Source: an uncultured bacterium
Lineage (GTDB): Bacteria; Actinomycetota; Acidimicrobiia; Spongiisociales; ZC4RG35
DNA length: 64,000 bases
Direction: 5' to 3'
NCBI GenBank assembly: GCA_963745865.1
Contig: CAVUYZ010000003.1
Location: 467,809-531,808, forward strand
Part shown: positions 28,273 to 38,689 of the stretch, piece after piece
Position numbering within the stretch: position 1 is the first letter of the stretch
How the letters are laid out: each line of letters begins with the position of its first letter
The notes under the pieces: generated by a model
What the model was told of the DNA's origin: nothing
What the model saw: the letters and a program-made list of their open reading frames with translations, nothing else
Databases searched by the model: none
Made by a program: the position numbers and the translations under genes

Positions 28273-29414
28273 CCTGACCGTCCTCGTTTCGGCAGGACCG
28301 CCTTCACCGTCCATCCCCGCCCTCGGTTCGGTCCTGCATCGAGCGTGCCGCCGTGGAGCGACGCCCGCTCGCTCATCCCGACGAGTCCGTATCCGGCTGA
28401 CGACTTCGGGTCTGCGTAGGAGGCGTCTCCGTCGTCGGCGATCGTGACGACGATGTCCCGGTCGCCGCCCTCGACACGGACCATGATTCCGGTTGCTCGC
28501 CGGGCGTGGCGGCGGGCGTTGGTCGTGGCCTCCTGGGCGATCCGGAACACCGACGTCTGGATGGACGGGGCGACATCGTCGAGATCTCCTTCCATCTCCA
28601 GCTGGATGGGCGGGTGTCGGCCGTCACCGGTGAGAGCCTGGAGGTCGCTGAGACGCTTCTGAGGGCTGGGCTCGTCGTCGCCGCGTCGAAGCACCCCGAC
28701 GATGGTGCGCATCTCTGTGAGTGTGCGGCTCGCTTCGGTCTTGATGGTCTTCAGCGCCCGGGCCGATGCTTCGGGATCCGACACGGCGAGGGCCCAGCCG
28801 GCCTCGGCTTGGATCGCGATCGCCGACACGTGGTGTGCGACCGTGTCGTGCAGTTCCCTGGCGAGTTGTTCGCGTTCGAACGATTTCGCTTCCGCGATCG
28901 CCCGCTCCTGTGCTCGCTCGCGGAAACGGACGGCGGCGCCCAACGCCGAGGGGAACAGCAGGAAGGCGAATCCGGCCGCCGTGAGTGCGGCGCCCTCCGG
29001 GAAGAAGACCATGTTCGTCACGTGAGGCACGCTCATGATGCTCAGTCCGACGATCGCGTCGCGTCCTGATCCCCATCGGAACAGGGCGTAGGGGAAGACG
29101 ATCAGCAGCGCCATCGTGTACAAGCCGGGTGAATCCCGCCCGACTGCGATGGCCGCGATGTCGAGGCCGGCGATCACGCTCCAGGCCACGGCCACCGACA
29201 TCAGCGGATGGGTGCGTCTCCACAACAGGGCGACGATCGGCACCAGCTGTAGTGCCAAGGCGACCGGACGCCACACCAGCTCTTCTCGGGTGACACCTTC
29301 GATCAGTGCGAGAGCGACCAGGACTCCGACCAGCACCCAGTCCCTCCAAACGCGATGGGGCGGATTCGGTTCGCGGGGCTCGGCCCAGAGCGACCTGAGG
29401 GCGTCGATCAACAC
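28269..29414 (-). CDS. HisKA_3 sensor histidine kinase
   Basis: TM region, ARELHDTVAHH, QEATTNARRH, GYGLVGMSER. Confidence 0.93.
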   Translation of the reverse strand: MLIDALRSLWAEPREPNPPHRVWRDWVLVGVLVALALIEGVTREELVWRPVALALQLVPIVALLWRRTHPLMSVAVAWSVIAGLDIAAIAVGRDSPGLYTMALLIVFPYALFRWGSGRDAIVGLSIMSVPHVTNMVFFPEGAALTAAGFAFLLFPSALGAAVRFRERAQERAIAEAKSFEREQLARELHDTVAHHVSAIAIQAEAGWALAVSDPEASARALKTIKTEASRTLTEMRTIVGVLRRGDDEPSPQKRLSDLQALTGDGRHPPIQLEMEGDLDDVAPSIQTSVFRIAQEATTNARRHARRATGIMVRVEGGDRDIVVTIADDGDASYADPKSSAGYGLVGMSERASLHGGTLDAGPNRGRGWTVKAVLPKRGRSG

Positions 29415-29586
29415 GGGGGGCAGCGTAACCCGGGGTGGGCCGGCAGTCGTCGGCCGAAAGTACGAGACGCGAATCGACCGTGGGACGACTCGGGACTGCC
29501 CCTGAGCCTGATGTGCCGATCGGCGAGATGCGACATCGTGGAGCCAGCCCCTTGAACGAGGGGAAACGCAAGCGAAAGGCAATGTC

Positions 29587-30276
29587 ATGCAATCCATTCA
29601 GAAGATGGGCGGAATCGGCGCCCTGATCGCCGCCGGCACGTTCGTCGTCGGCCTCACCATGTTCGCCACCCTCCTCATGGACTTCGTGTCGACCACCGAC
29701 CCGTCGGCGGCGGTCGAGTTCATCGCCGACAACCAGCTGCCGCTGTATGTGTGGAACATCACGATCATGATCGTGTTCGGGATCGTCCTCGTTCCGCTCG
29801 TGCTGGCGATCGGAGATCGCCTCAGAGATGCGCACTCGCCGCTGGCGCGGGTCGCCTCGGTCTTCGGGCTCATCTGGTCGGGCGTGATCATCTCCACGGG
29901 GATGATCGTCAACATCGCCTATGCGACGGTCACCAGCCTCCAGGCCACCGACCCCGAAATGGCGTCGACGGTGTGGGCAGGCCTCGATGCCGTGACCAAC
30001 GGCCTCGGTGGAGGAAACGAGATCCTCGGCGGAGTGTGGGTGCTGGGAGTCAGCATCGTCGCCCTGCGTGAGCGGCTGTTCGCCCGCTGGATCAACCACC
30101 TCGGTGTGGTCATGGGCGTCGCCGGGCTCGTCACCGTCGTCCCGGCACTCGAGAACGTGGGTGCGGTCTTCGGCCTCGGCCTGATCGTCTGGTTCACCGC
30201 CCTCGGACGCACGCTGATCAAGGACGCACGCGGGTCGCTGAACGACCCACGCCCCGCTACTTCGCTCGGCGTCTGA
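29587..30276 (+). CDS. DUF4386-like membrane protein
   Basis: About six TM helices, LGGGNE motif; divergent from the two-component system. Confidence 0.8.
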   Translation: MQSIQKMGGIGALIAAGTFVVGLTMFATLLMDFVSTTDPSAAVEFIADNQLPLYVWNITIMIVFGIVLVPLVLAIGDRLRDAHSPLARVASVFGLIWSGVIISTGMIVNIAYATVTSLQATDPEMASTVWAGLDAVTNGLGGGNEILGGVWVLGVSIVALRERLFARWINHLGVVMGVAGLVTVVPALENVGAVFGLGLIVWFTALGRTLIKDARGSLNDPRPATSLGV

Positions 30277-30399
30277 TCCCCGGACAAGCAAGGAGACCCA
30301 ACATGACATCCACCGACATCCGAACGAACCGAGGCACACTGGACGGCCTCGTCAGCCATGCGTACTAGGTACGCAGCCCGGATAGAAGGAACCAAAACC

Positions 30400-30936
30400 G
30401 TGTCGAAGCAAACTCAGTCCCATCCTCCAGCGACCACGGACACCTCGGATGCCAGACGCCCAGAGGGAGCTCGTCGGCATGGTCGGGAGCGCCGCTCACT
30501 CTCTGAGTACGTCGAGCGACGAAACGGCGTCCCGCTCGGATCGCCCGGCTCGCTCCGCGAGATGCTCCGCCGTTCGTTGGGCGCCGACACCCTGGGTGGG
30601 TTCTGGCGACATTGGAATCCGATCTGGGGCTACTACCTCGGCAGGTACGTCAACTCGCCGCTCCGCAGGGTCATGCCGTCCGGCGTCTCTGTGGTTCTCA
30701 CGTTCATCGTCAGCGGCTTGATCCATGACCTCGCGATCTCGCTGGTCGCCGGTTCCCCGACATTCCTCTTCGCGCCATGGTTCGCCCTGGTCGGGTCGAT
30801 GGTCGTCATCGGTCGACGATTTGGGCTCCGGTACCCGTTTCGGGCGTGGTCGGTGCGGGCGAGCATCAACGTGGGTTTCGTCGGCGGTGCCTTCGGGATC
30901 GTGACGGTCGGCAGATGGCTGATCGGTCTCTCGTGA
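30400..30936 (+). CDS. MBOAT-like acyltransferase/membrane protein
   Basis: FWRHWNPIW, TFIVSGLIHD; RBS GAAGGA. Confidence 0.75.
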   Translation: MSKQTQSHPPATTDTSDARRPEGARRHGRERRSLSEYVERRNGVPLGSPGSLREMLRRSLGADTLGGFWRHWNPIWGYYLGRYVNSPLRRVMPSGVSVVLTFIVSGLIHDLAISLVAGSPTFLFAPWFALVGSMVVIGRRFGLRYPFRAWSVRASINVGFVGGAFGIVTVGRWLIGLS

Positions 30937-31087
30937 CCGACGACAGGGCCGGTCGCTGTCGGATTTCAAACAGGGTGCGCAGGAGCGGGTGCTCGCAATG
31001 GAAGCAACACCACTCAGGCGGCGCCGCTAGGCGCCCCGTGCACAACAAGGACGGACATGACAGAGATGGATCCACATCGGGGCCGTC

Positions 31088-31265
31088 TATGGCGTCCGGG
31101 GAAAACCCGAAGGTCATGCGCCCGATGTTCAAATCACTCTTGCCCGACAGCGGGGTGGTCGGAACGAACATCGCCGGCACGGTTGAAGCGGTGGGTTCAG
31201 ACGTGACCGACCTGAGCGAGGATGACGAGGTGTTCGGTTCATGCCAGGGAGCCTTCGCCGAGCCC
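31088..31265 (+). pseudogene. Fragment of an NAD(P)-dependent alcohol dehydrogenase/quinone oxidoreductase
   Basis: GTNIAGTVEAVGSDVT...DEVFGSCQGAFAE only. Confidence 0.7.
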
Positions 31266-31473
31266 TTGATCGGCTCCCGTTCGTGTCAGGTGCCGTCAGA
31301 GGTCCGGGTTCGCGTCGATGGACTCCATCGGGTGACAGCCTTATCCTCGCCTCGGTGACGAACCAGCGCCCGTCCCAATGGCCGATGTCCAACTCATGGC
31401 TAGACCTGGGTCGATCCTCTTCCCCGAACCTGCCCATAGCGGCACAATGCGCTGGCCGGGCTGACGACCGCGT

Positions 31474-32145
31474 TCATGCCGCTTGCGTCATCCAACCCGA
31501 GATGTGGCCTGACAGTTCGGCGTAGACATCCCCGTCTTGCCTTCCGGGTACCGAGAACCCGTGACTCGCCGATTCGACGGTCCGAAGCGTCGCCCGAGCA
31601 CCGATACTGTCGGTCACCTGCTGGATCTGACCGGCGTCTCCCAGAGCATCTGATGTACCTTGCACGAACAGCAATCGGGTAGTTCCAGCCGACAGGTGAG
31701 CAGCGTTCTCCATTGCTCCCTTCAAGGGGAATCCCAACATGATCACACCGCGCACATGAGGGATCGGCGTCTCCGAATTCGTCACCGAAGTCAAGAGTCC
31801 GCTCACTGAGTGACCACCAGCGAATAGCGGTAGATGAGGAACCGCTGTTGCAGCAGCTTCCACGGCGGCCCTGATAGTTGCGACAAGCACATCATCGGCG
31901 TCCGTGGGCAGATCCGAATACGGCACAAAGTCTTGGCGGTCTGAATACGGGTACTCGAAACGGAAGGTGGCTACCCCTGCAGACGTCAGCGCCTCGCTGA
32001 GGCCAGCCATGAACGGGACTCGCATGGTGGACCCCGACCCGTGACCGAGAACAAACAATGAATGTGCTCGCTCTGGACAATCCAGTATCGCTGAAACAAT
32101 GCCAATCTCAGGAGAAACGACGACCTCGATGAGCTCAGATCTCAA
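31474..32145 (-). CDS. Alpha/beta hydrolase (KANL3/Tex30-like)
   Basis: LGHGSG, GGHSVSG, QGTSD, HGF; lower GC. Confidence 0.85.
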   Translation of the reverse strand: MRSELIEVVVSPEIGIVSAILDCPERAHSLFVLGHGSGSTMRVPFMAGLSEALTSAGVATFRFEYPYSDRQDFVPYSDLPTDADDVLVATIRAAVEAAATAVPHLPLFAGGHSVSGLLTSVTNSETPIPHVRGVIMLGFPLKGAMENAAHLSAGTTRLLFVQGTSDALGDAGQIQQVTDSIGARATLRTVESASHGFSVPGRQDGDVYAELSGHISGWMTQAA

Positions 32146-32325
32146 ACCGGACCGCCTCTCAACAATGATGACCAGCTGTCTTTCCCTCCCGAGGTTAGGC
32201 ACACATGCCCGCCCAACCTGGTCACGTCCAGCGGCACGGGGCAAAGCTGTCACCCTCCGGACAAAAGCCCGCATGAACACTGACTTCCTGGCACCGGCCG
32301 ACACGGTCCGATACCTCGCTCTCGA

Positions 32326-32380
32326 TTGAGGGCCTCGTGGGATTTGCGGCCCGGGAGGTTCAAGTCCTCTCTCCGACACC
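32326..32380 (+). mobile_element. 3' half of tRNA-Leu(GAG): att-site relic
   Basis: TTGAGGG anticodon loop, long variable arm, GGAGG-TTCAAGT-CCTCT T arm, CTCCGAC-ACC acceptor strand; 5' half absent. Confidence 0.75.
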
Positions 32381-32649
32381 GAACAGGGGGGTGCAGCCCA
32401 CCGCTTCTCATTCCCGAATCGGTGGGGTTGTGTCGTTGGAGACTTCCCTGTTCGGGTGATGGGTATCCAACACGGACGCAGCGGTGCGAGTTGCCGGAGC
32501 GGGCGATCTTCTGGCGATCGAGGGCCTGTGCTCGGCTCGTCACGACGGCGCCTCGATTTCCCGACCGGCATGGGCTGGCTCCGAGTCGAATTGATCAGAT
32601 CCACCAAGATTGGGATTGGCTGGGCCGCCCAGTGGGTAGCACAGCGAAC

Positions 32650-35004
32650 ATGGCACAGTCACAGACAATCCGAGCCCGTCAGAGTCGAGGGATCGACGTC
32701 CAAGACATCGATCGATGGTGGCGGGCGGCCAACTATCTCTCGGCCGGCCAGATCTATCTTCGCGACAACCCTCTCCTCGCACGGCCCATCAGGCCAGGCG
32801 ACATCAAGCGCCGACTGCTCGGTCACTGGGGCACGAACCCGGGGATCAACCTGGTCTGGGCGCACGTCAACCGCATCATCATCGAGCGGGACGTGTCGAC
32901 GATCTTCATCTGCGGGCCTGGCCACGGGGGCCCGGCGGCGATCGCCAATCCCTGGCTGGAGGGCACCTACGGGGAGATCTATCCCGAGGTCGGCTGGAGC
33001 GTGGATGGCTTGCGACGGCTCTTCGAGCAATTCAGCTTCCCGGGCGGCGTGCCTTCCCACGCCGCCCCGGAGACGCCTGGCTCGATCCACGAAGGGGGAG
33101 AGCTGGGGTACAGCCTGGCCCATGCACAGGGCGCGTCCTTCGATGCCCCCGGCGACCTCGTCGTGGTGATGATCGGCGACGGTGAGGCGGAAACGGCCCC
33201 CCTAGCGGGAAGCTGGCCGGGCCACCGGTTTCTCACCCAAGACGATGGAGTCGTCCTGCCGGTACTCCATCTCAACGGGTACAAGATCGCCAATCCGACC
33301 GTCTTCGCCCGAATGCCCGAATCCGAGGTGCGTCAGTTCTTCGCCGGCCAGGGCTACGAGCCGTGGTTCGTGTCGGGCGACGAGCCGATGGCGGTCCACG
33401 AGGAGCTCATGGTCACTCTCGACGACATCGCCGACCGGTCGTTGGGCCCCGGACGGCGGAACCGGCCGGTGTTGGTGCTCCGAACTCCCAAGGGCTGGAC
33501 CGGTCCCGGCGTCATCGATGGAGTCCAGATCGAGGGGACGTTCCGCGCTCATCAGGTGCCGATCGGACACGATCTCGGGGACGATCGCCTGGCGGGCGAA
33601 CTCGATCGATGGATGCGCCGTTACCGCCCCGAGGAGCTCTTCGCCGAGGATGGAGTCCCGGCACAGGAGCTCGATCGGTTGCGGCCCGACCGAGACCGGC
33701 GAATGAGCGCCAACCCGCGAACCAACGCCGGACTCATCTCTCGACCGCTGGATCTGCCCGAACCCGGCCTTCACGCCGTCGACGTCCCGTCACCCGGACT
33801 GAGAAGCGCAATGAGGGCGCTCGGGCGATACCTCCGCGACGTCATTGAGGCGAACGGCGACCGATTTCGACTCTTCGGTCCGGACGAGGTCGAGAGCAAT
33901 CGACTCGACAGCGTCTTCGACGCGACGGGCCGTCGATGGCCGATGGACACCGAGGAGGACGACGCACATCTGTCACCTCGGGGCCGAGTGATGGAGGTGC
34001 TCTCGGAGCATCTCTGTCAGGGATGGCTCGAGGGGTACCTGCTCACCGGGCGGCACGGGGTGTTCACGTCGTACGAGGCGTTCATCCACATCGTGGACTC
34101 CATGTTCAACCAGCACGCCAAGTGGTTGGAGTCCTCGCGGCGGGTCGAATGGCGCGAGCCGGTGCCGTCTCTCAACTACGTCCTGAGCTCACACGTGTGG
34201 CGTCAGGACCACAACGGGTTCAGTCACCAGGATCCCGGGTTCCTCGACGTCGTTGCCAACAAGCGGCCCGACGTCGTGAGGATCTATCTGCCCCCGGACG
34301 CGAACACTCTGCTGGCGACGATGGACACCTGCTTGCGCAGTCGTGATCTGGTGAACCTCGTGATCGCCGGCAAGCAGCCTGAGCCGCAGTATCTCGACTC
34401 GTCGGAGGCGAGGAGGCACCTCGAGCGGGGGCTGTCGGTCTGGGACTGGGCAGGGTCGGAGACGGAGAAGTCGCCGGCCGAGGTCGTGTTCGCATCCGCG
34501 GGCGACGTCCCCACGAAGGAGGCGCTGGCGGCTGCCCGCCTCCTTGCAGGAGAAACCGACCTTTCCGTGCGAGTGGTCAACGTCGTGGATCTGTTCAGGC
34601 TCACGTCCCCCGCCAAGCACCCTCACGGGATGCCTGATGAGGACTACGACGAGGTCTTCCCCTCCGACGTCCCGACCATCTTCGCCTTCCACGGATACCC
34701 CTGGCTCATCCACCGACTCACCCATCATCGCCACAACCAGTCGCGCGTGCACGTTCATGGTTACGACGAAGAGGGGACGACGACCACGCCGTTCGACATG
34801 CTGGTCAGGAACAGACTCGACAGGTTCCATCTCGTATTGAACGCCCTCGACCGGATGTCCCGAGCGCGTCAAGAGCGCCTGACGGAGACCCGTGATCTGT
34901 GTCTGGCTCGCCTCGAGGCCCACGCCACCCACATCCGCGCCACCGGCGAGGACCTTCCCGACATCGACGACGCCGCGGTGTCGAGGCACGGTTTCGGGAG
35001 CTGA
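32650..35004 (+). CDS. xfp: Phosphoketolase (XFP family)
   Basis: LLGHWGT, HEGGELGY, GDGEAET, SEHLCQGWLEGY, RQDHNGFSHQ. Confidence 0.97.
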   Translation: MAQSQTIRARQSRGIDVQDIDRWWRAANYLSAGQIYLRDNPLLARPIRPGDIKRRLLGHWGTNPGINLVWAHVNRIIIERDVSTIFICGPGHGGPAAIANPWLEGTYGEIYPEVGWSVDGLRRLFEQFSFPGGVPSHAAPETPGSIHEGGELGYSLAHAQGASFDAPGDLVVVMIGDGEAETAPLAGSWPGHRFLTQDDGVVLPVLHLNGYKIANPTVFARMPESEVRQFFAGQGYEPWFVSGDEPMAVHEELMVTLDDIADRSLGPGRRNRPVLVLRTPKGWTGPGVIDGVQIEGTFRAHQVPIGHDLGDDRLAGELDRWMRRYRPEELFAEDGVPAQELDRLRPDRDRRMSANPRTNAGLISRPLDLPEPGLHAVDVPSPGLRSAMRALGRYLRDVIEANGDRFRLFGPDEVESNRLDSVFDATGRRWPMDTEEDDAHLSPRGRVMEVLSEHLCQGWLEGYLLTGRHGVFTSYEAFIHIVDSMFNQHAKWLESSRRVEWREPVPSLNYVLSSHVWRQDHNGFSHQDPGFLDVVANKRPDVVRIYLPPDANTLLATMDTCLRSRDLVNLVIAGKQPEPQYLDSSEARRHLERGLSVWDWAGSETEKSPAEVVFASAGDVPTKEALAAARLLAGETDLSVRVVNVVDLFRLTSPAKHPHGMPDEDYDEVFPSDVPTIFAFHGYPWLIHRLTHHRHNQSRVHVHGYDEEGTTTTPFDMLVRNRLDRFHLVLNALDRMSRARQERLTETRDLCLARLEAHATHIRATGEDLPDIDDAAVSRHGFGS

Positions 35005-35373
35005 GGCTTGGGAGTCGATCGTTTGTGGCACTCCCTCTCGAGTATCGATGATGGCACCGAGCCCAGGAGACGACGATGACCGTTCGCGGTGGCAGCGACG
35101 AAGTCCGCCGCCAACTCCCGATGGGGGAGCGGGTCAGACAGGAATCGGCACGAGAATGGTGACGAACAAAGTCGTCAAGCAGCAAAGGAGAAGGCCGACA
35201 AGCAGGGCCGAGCGGTCAGAGGCCTGCAAGGGACAATCGAAGACCGCTGACGGCAGTCTTGTCTCGTCCGATCGCGGGTGTCCTTCGTTCTCGGCGGTGG
35301 GCCAATCCGGTGTGGACAGTCGGGACCGACACCCCACCCGGGACGGCCGAGGTCCGGTCGGCGACGTGAGACG

Positions 35374-36435
35374 GTGACGACGGTGAGCGGGACAGACGCC
35401 ATCGATCTCGACGGCGTCGATTCAGGAGACCATCCGGCGATCGCCGCAGCGGCCGGTCTGACGTACGTGGTTGGCGACGCTTCGGGGTTCCGCCGCATAC
35501 GGAGGGGCAAGGGCTTCTCGTACGTGAACGCCGATGGAGAGGTCGTCGGAGAGAAGACTCGGGCCCACATCGAGTCGATGGCTATCCCGCCGGCGTGGAA
35601 CGACGTCTGGATCTCTCGGGACGAGGATGCTCATCTGCAGGTCGTAGGGTACGACGAGGCCGGGCGAAAGCAGTACATCTACCACCCGAGATGGGAGGCG
35701 GCGCGGGACCAGGTGAAGTTCGATCGACTCGGATCGTTCGCGAGAGGGTTGCTCGACTTCCGAAAGCGGGTCGATCACGACCTGCGCCGTGGGGGACTCG
35801 ATCGCGAGAAGGTGGTGGCGCTCGCCGCCTCGGTCCTGGACCGAACCCTCATTCGCGTCGGCAACCGCCGATATGCCGAAGAGAACGAGACGTATGGTCT
35901 CACCACGCTGACCAACGGGCACGTGGAGGTTGCCAACGATCGAGTCCGCTTCGACTTTTCGGCAAAGGGAGGGGCGCAGCGACAGTCAGCAGTGGAGGAT
36001 CGGCGACTCGCCCGACTCATTTCACAGTGTCGTGACATCCCCGGCGAGACGCTCTTCACCTACCCGATCGACGACTCCATCAGGTCCGTGAGCTCGAGCG
36101 ACGTCAATGACTACGTGTCAGGCATCATCGGAGAGGGCGTGACCGCGAAAGACTTTCGCGTCTGGGGGGCAACCACGACCGTGGCTCGTCTGCTGGCATC
36201 GAGGGGGACGAACGGAGACACGGACTCGGGTGCCCCGCTGTTGGAGGCGATCGACGCCGCCGCGGAGAGAATCGGGAACACGAGAGCGGTTTGCCGGACG
36301 TCGTATGTCCACCCGACGGTCGTCGATGCGTTCGAGGACGGGGCGCTGACGACCGCATGGAAACGCTCCCGGACCGGCCGCTGGCTGGACCGGGCGGAGT
36401 CCACCGTGCGATACCTCCTGACCGAGGGGAGTTGA
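35374..36435 (+). CDS. DNA topoisomerase IB (bacterial, poxvirus-like)
   Basis: IPPAW, GRKQYIYH, IRVGN..Y, AKGG, AKDFR, GNT..VCR.SYVHP. Confidence 0.95.
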   Translation: MTTVSGTDAIDLDGVDSGDHPAIAAAAGLTYVVGDASGFRRIRRGKGFSYVNADGEVVGEKTRAHIESMAIPPAWNDVWISRDEDAHLQVVGYDEAGRKQYIYHPRWEAARDQVKFDRLGSFARGLLDFRKRVDHDLRRGGLDREKVVALAASVLDRTLIRVGNRRYAEENETYGLTTLTNGHVEVANDRVRFDFSAKGGAQRQSAVEDRRLARLISQCRDIPGETLFTYPIDDSIRSVSSSDVNDYVSGIIGEGVTAKDFRVWGATTTVARLLASRGTNGDTDSGAPLLEAIDAAAERIGNTRAVCRTSYVHPTVVDAFEDGALTTAWKRSRTGRWLDRAESTVRYLLTEGS

Positions 36436-36464
36436 CCGAAGCGAGGCTCCGGCCTCCCGCCCGA

Positions 36465-36490
36465 GTTTGGAACCGCCTCGGGCAGGGTAT
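36465..36490 (+). promoter_or_regulatory. SigF/SigB-type stress promoter
   Basis: GTTT-N16-GGGTAT, 9 bp before the ATG. Confidence 0.6.
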
Positions 36491-36499
36491 TCGGTCGAC

Positions 36500-36949
36500 A
36501 TGGACCGAATCGAGCAACGCGACCCACACGGATTCATGTCCGATCTCGCCGAGACTTCGTTCCTTCACGAATCGGAAGCAGCGGACCTCGCACGTGACTT
36601 CGTGGAGACGCTCGCAGAGTTCGTCGATCGCGACGTCTGGAACGCCGTCGCCTCGGTCGTGCCCGTCGACATCTCGATCGACTGGGACGAGATCGACGAT
36701 CGAGCCGAGTCCACTGTCGAGGAGTTCCTCCTGGCGATGTCGGCTGAGGAGGACGTGGAGACGGGACGCTCTGCCGACCACGCGAGAGCCGTGGCCGAGA
36801 CCGTCGAGCGCTATGCAGGCCCCGACGAACTAGACAGGATCGGACGAATGCGCAACGAGGGCATCCTCTCGCTGTTCGAAACCACGAGGGGGCAGTTGAC
36901 GTCGCCCGAGGCTCCGACCCGGGGCGTCCAGCAGCGAACCGACCCCTGA
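36500..36949 (+). CDS. DUF2267-like protein
   Basis: Acidic helical protein with VETLAE...EEFL...HARAV pattern. Confidence 0.7.
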   Translation: MDRIEQRDPHGFMSDLAETSFLHESEAADLARDFVETLAEFVDRDVWNAVASVVPVDISIDWDEIDDRAESTVEEFLLAMSAEEDVETGRSADHARAVAETVERYAGPDELDRIGRMRNEGILSLFETTRGQLTSPEAPTRGVQQRTDP

Positions 36950-37312
36950 TCGGAAGGGGGTTCCGGTCAGCGGATCTCCAACAAGAGCCAGTGCGGTGAT
37001 CGCTCGTCGGCGGGATTGTCGAACTTCGAGCTTTGATGGTGGGGGCGACTTGACCGCTGCTGGGATGGTTGGTTCGGTCATGGGAGCCGTGATCGCTGTT
37101 TTCGTTTGCCGTCGGATCGGCTCCAGGATGCCCCCCATAGGTTGTACGGGGGTGGGTGTGTTTCGATGGCTTCGTGTGCCTCCCCGCACCGCTGGTTCGT
37201 GACGGCTCCGGGGGAGTTTGAGTGTCGAGTGACACGGCCAAAATCCCGATGTCTTGGGGGCGATATACATTCATTGGTTCCGAGCTTGAAGCGAATGCCA
37301 GGGACTGGGCGT

Positions 37313-37705
37313 ATGAACTTGAGATCTGACGAGGATGCTCTGATCCACCGGCACCCTGGGGTGTCTGTGTCTCATCATCGTCGAGGGAGATATGAGGTGA
37401 TCGAGGTGTCCGGCGAGATCGATATCGCGAATGTGGACGAGTTCCGCACTGCGATCTCAGATCTCATCGAGGCTGGCCACAGCGAGCTGGTGATCGACCT
37501 GTCGGATGTGGACTTTATCGGTGGTGAAGGCCTTCTGGCACTCTCAGATGAGTACGACCACGTTCACCGATACGGCAGCAGCTTTCGTGTTCTTGTACCG
37601 CAGCCGCACATCCGTAGGTTGTTCTCGATCACCGGGCTCGACAGCAAGCTGGGGGTCTGTGGGTCCTTCGACGAGCTCCAACTGGGAGCGGAAGGGGAGT
37701 TGTGA
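37313..37705 (+). CDS. STAS domain/anti-sigma factor antagonist (non-canonical phosphosite)
   Basis: VSGEIDI, LVIDLSDVDFIGGEGL, RLFSITGL. Confidence 0.85.
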   Translation: MNLRSDEDALIHRHPGVSVSHHRRGRYEVIEVSGEIDIANVDEFRTAISDLIEAGHSELVIDLSDVDFIGGEGLLALSDEYDHVHRYGSSFRVLVPQPHIRRLFSITGLDSKLGVCGSFDELQLGAEGEL

Positions 37706-37987
37706 AGGCGAACCGGAGACGGTGGTCGGAAGAGGCTTGTTGATCTGCAGCAATCCAATCGACACAAACACCCCCCGTGCGGTGGCGGCGACCATCGAGC
37801 ACAGCTTGCGTTTTCTGATCTCAATGTGTCGCCGCTCACTTCCCTGGGTGTCGTCGGTCACTCAACGACACCTGTTGTGTGCCAATGCCGTAGATTGGGG
37901 TGAGTTGTCGCAGTCACCAGTGAGGAACCTCCTCAGCCCGATCGGTTGATCGAGCCTGGTCATACACGCCGGCTCGTGAGGCTGTTG

Positions 37988-38689
37988 ATGCAAACGTCCC
38001 TTTCACCGCACCTGTTGTGGATCGCGCGGGAGTTCGGAAACCCCGAATATCTCCCCCTGTCTGTCGACGATCTCACGGCGCTCGGAGGAGCAACCACACT
38101 CACGTCGTTCGGATCCGGTGCCCGCATGTTTCGAGCCGACGCCCCCGCGGACGCCTGCTACTTGATCCGTTCGGGTTCGGTTCGTATCGTCAGGAATGGA
38201 AGCAATGGAAGGAATGGAAGGCCGCCCATCCTCCTTGCATATCTGCACTCCGGCCAGATGGTCGGCGACTACACAATGCTGCGAGGGGAGGCCCATTCCT
38301 CCGACGCCATCGCACACACCCCTGTATCGGCGATCGAACTGCCGCGGGAGGCCACCATGTCGGCTCTGGCGGCAAACCCTCGGATCGCATTGCGCTGGCT
38401 CTTGGCGGCGATGGAGCAAGTAGAAGCCGCGCATGGACGGATGACGATGCTCCTGCAGAGAAACGCCCGTGCCAAAGTCGCCGCCTTTCTCCTCTCGTCC
38501 AACGGTTCTCAAGACGGCGAAGGCCTCATCGCGATCAGCCATGAAGGTCTGGCCGAGATGGTCGGTGTTGAGCGGGCCACCGTCTCCAGGGCGATATCGT
38601 CTCTCCGAGACTCCAGGCTCATACAAACCACCCGAGGAACCATCCGCCTCCTCGACCACGACGGACTCAACCGCATCGCAACCTTGTGA
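37988..38689 (+). CDS. Crp/Fnr family transcriptional regulator
   Basis: cNMP-like domain (YLIRSGSV, GQMVGD) plus HTH SHEGLAEMVGVERATVSR. Confidence 0.88.
   Translation: MQTSLSPHLLWIAREFGNPEYLPLSVDDLTALGGATTLTSFGSGARMFRADAPADACYLIRSGSVRIVRNGSNGRNGRPPILLAYLHSGQMVGDYTMLRGEAHSSDAIAHTPVSAIELPREATMSALAANPRIALRWLLAAMEQVEAAHGRMTMLLQRNARAKVAAFLLSSNGSQDGEGLIAISHEGLAEMVGVERATVSRAISSLRDSRLIQTTRGTIRLLDHDGLNRIATL

Noticed and set aside
36960-37260. Possible ncRNA or c-di-GMP riboswitch on the minus strand (GGCAAAC)
   Set aside because: No GNRA stem or following GCAAAG element; no supportable structure.
37825-37840. Crp-like site TGTGT-N6-TCACT upstream of the Crp gene
   Set aside because: Two mismatches and a single instance; cannot be distinguished from chance.
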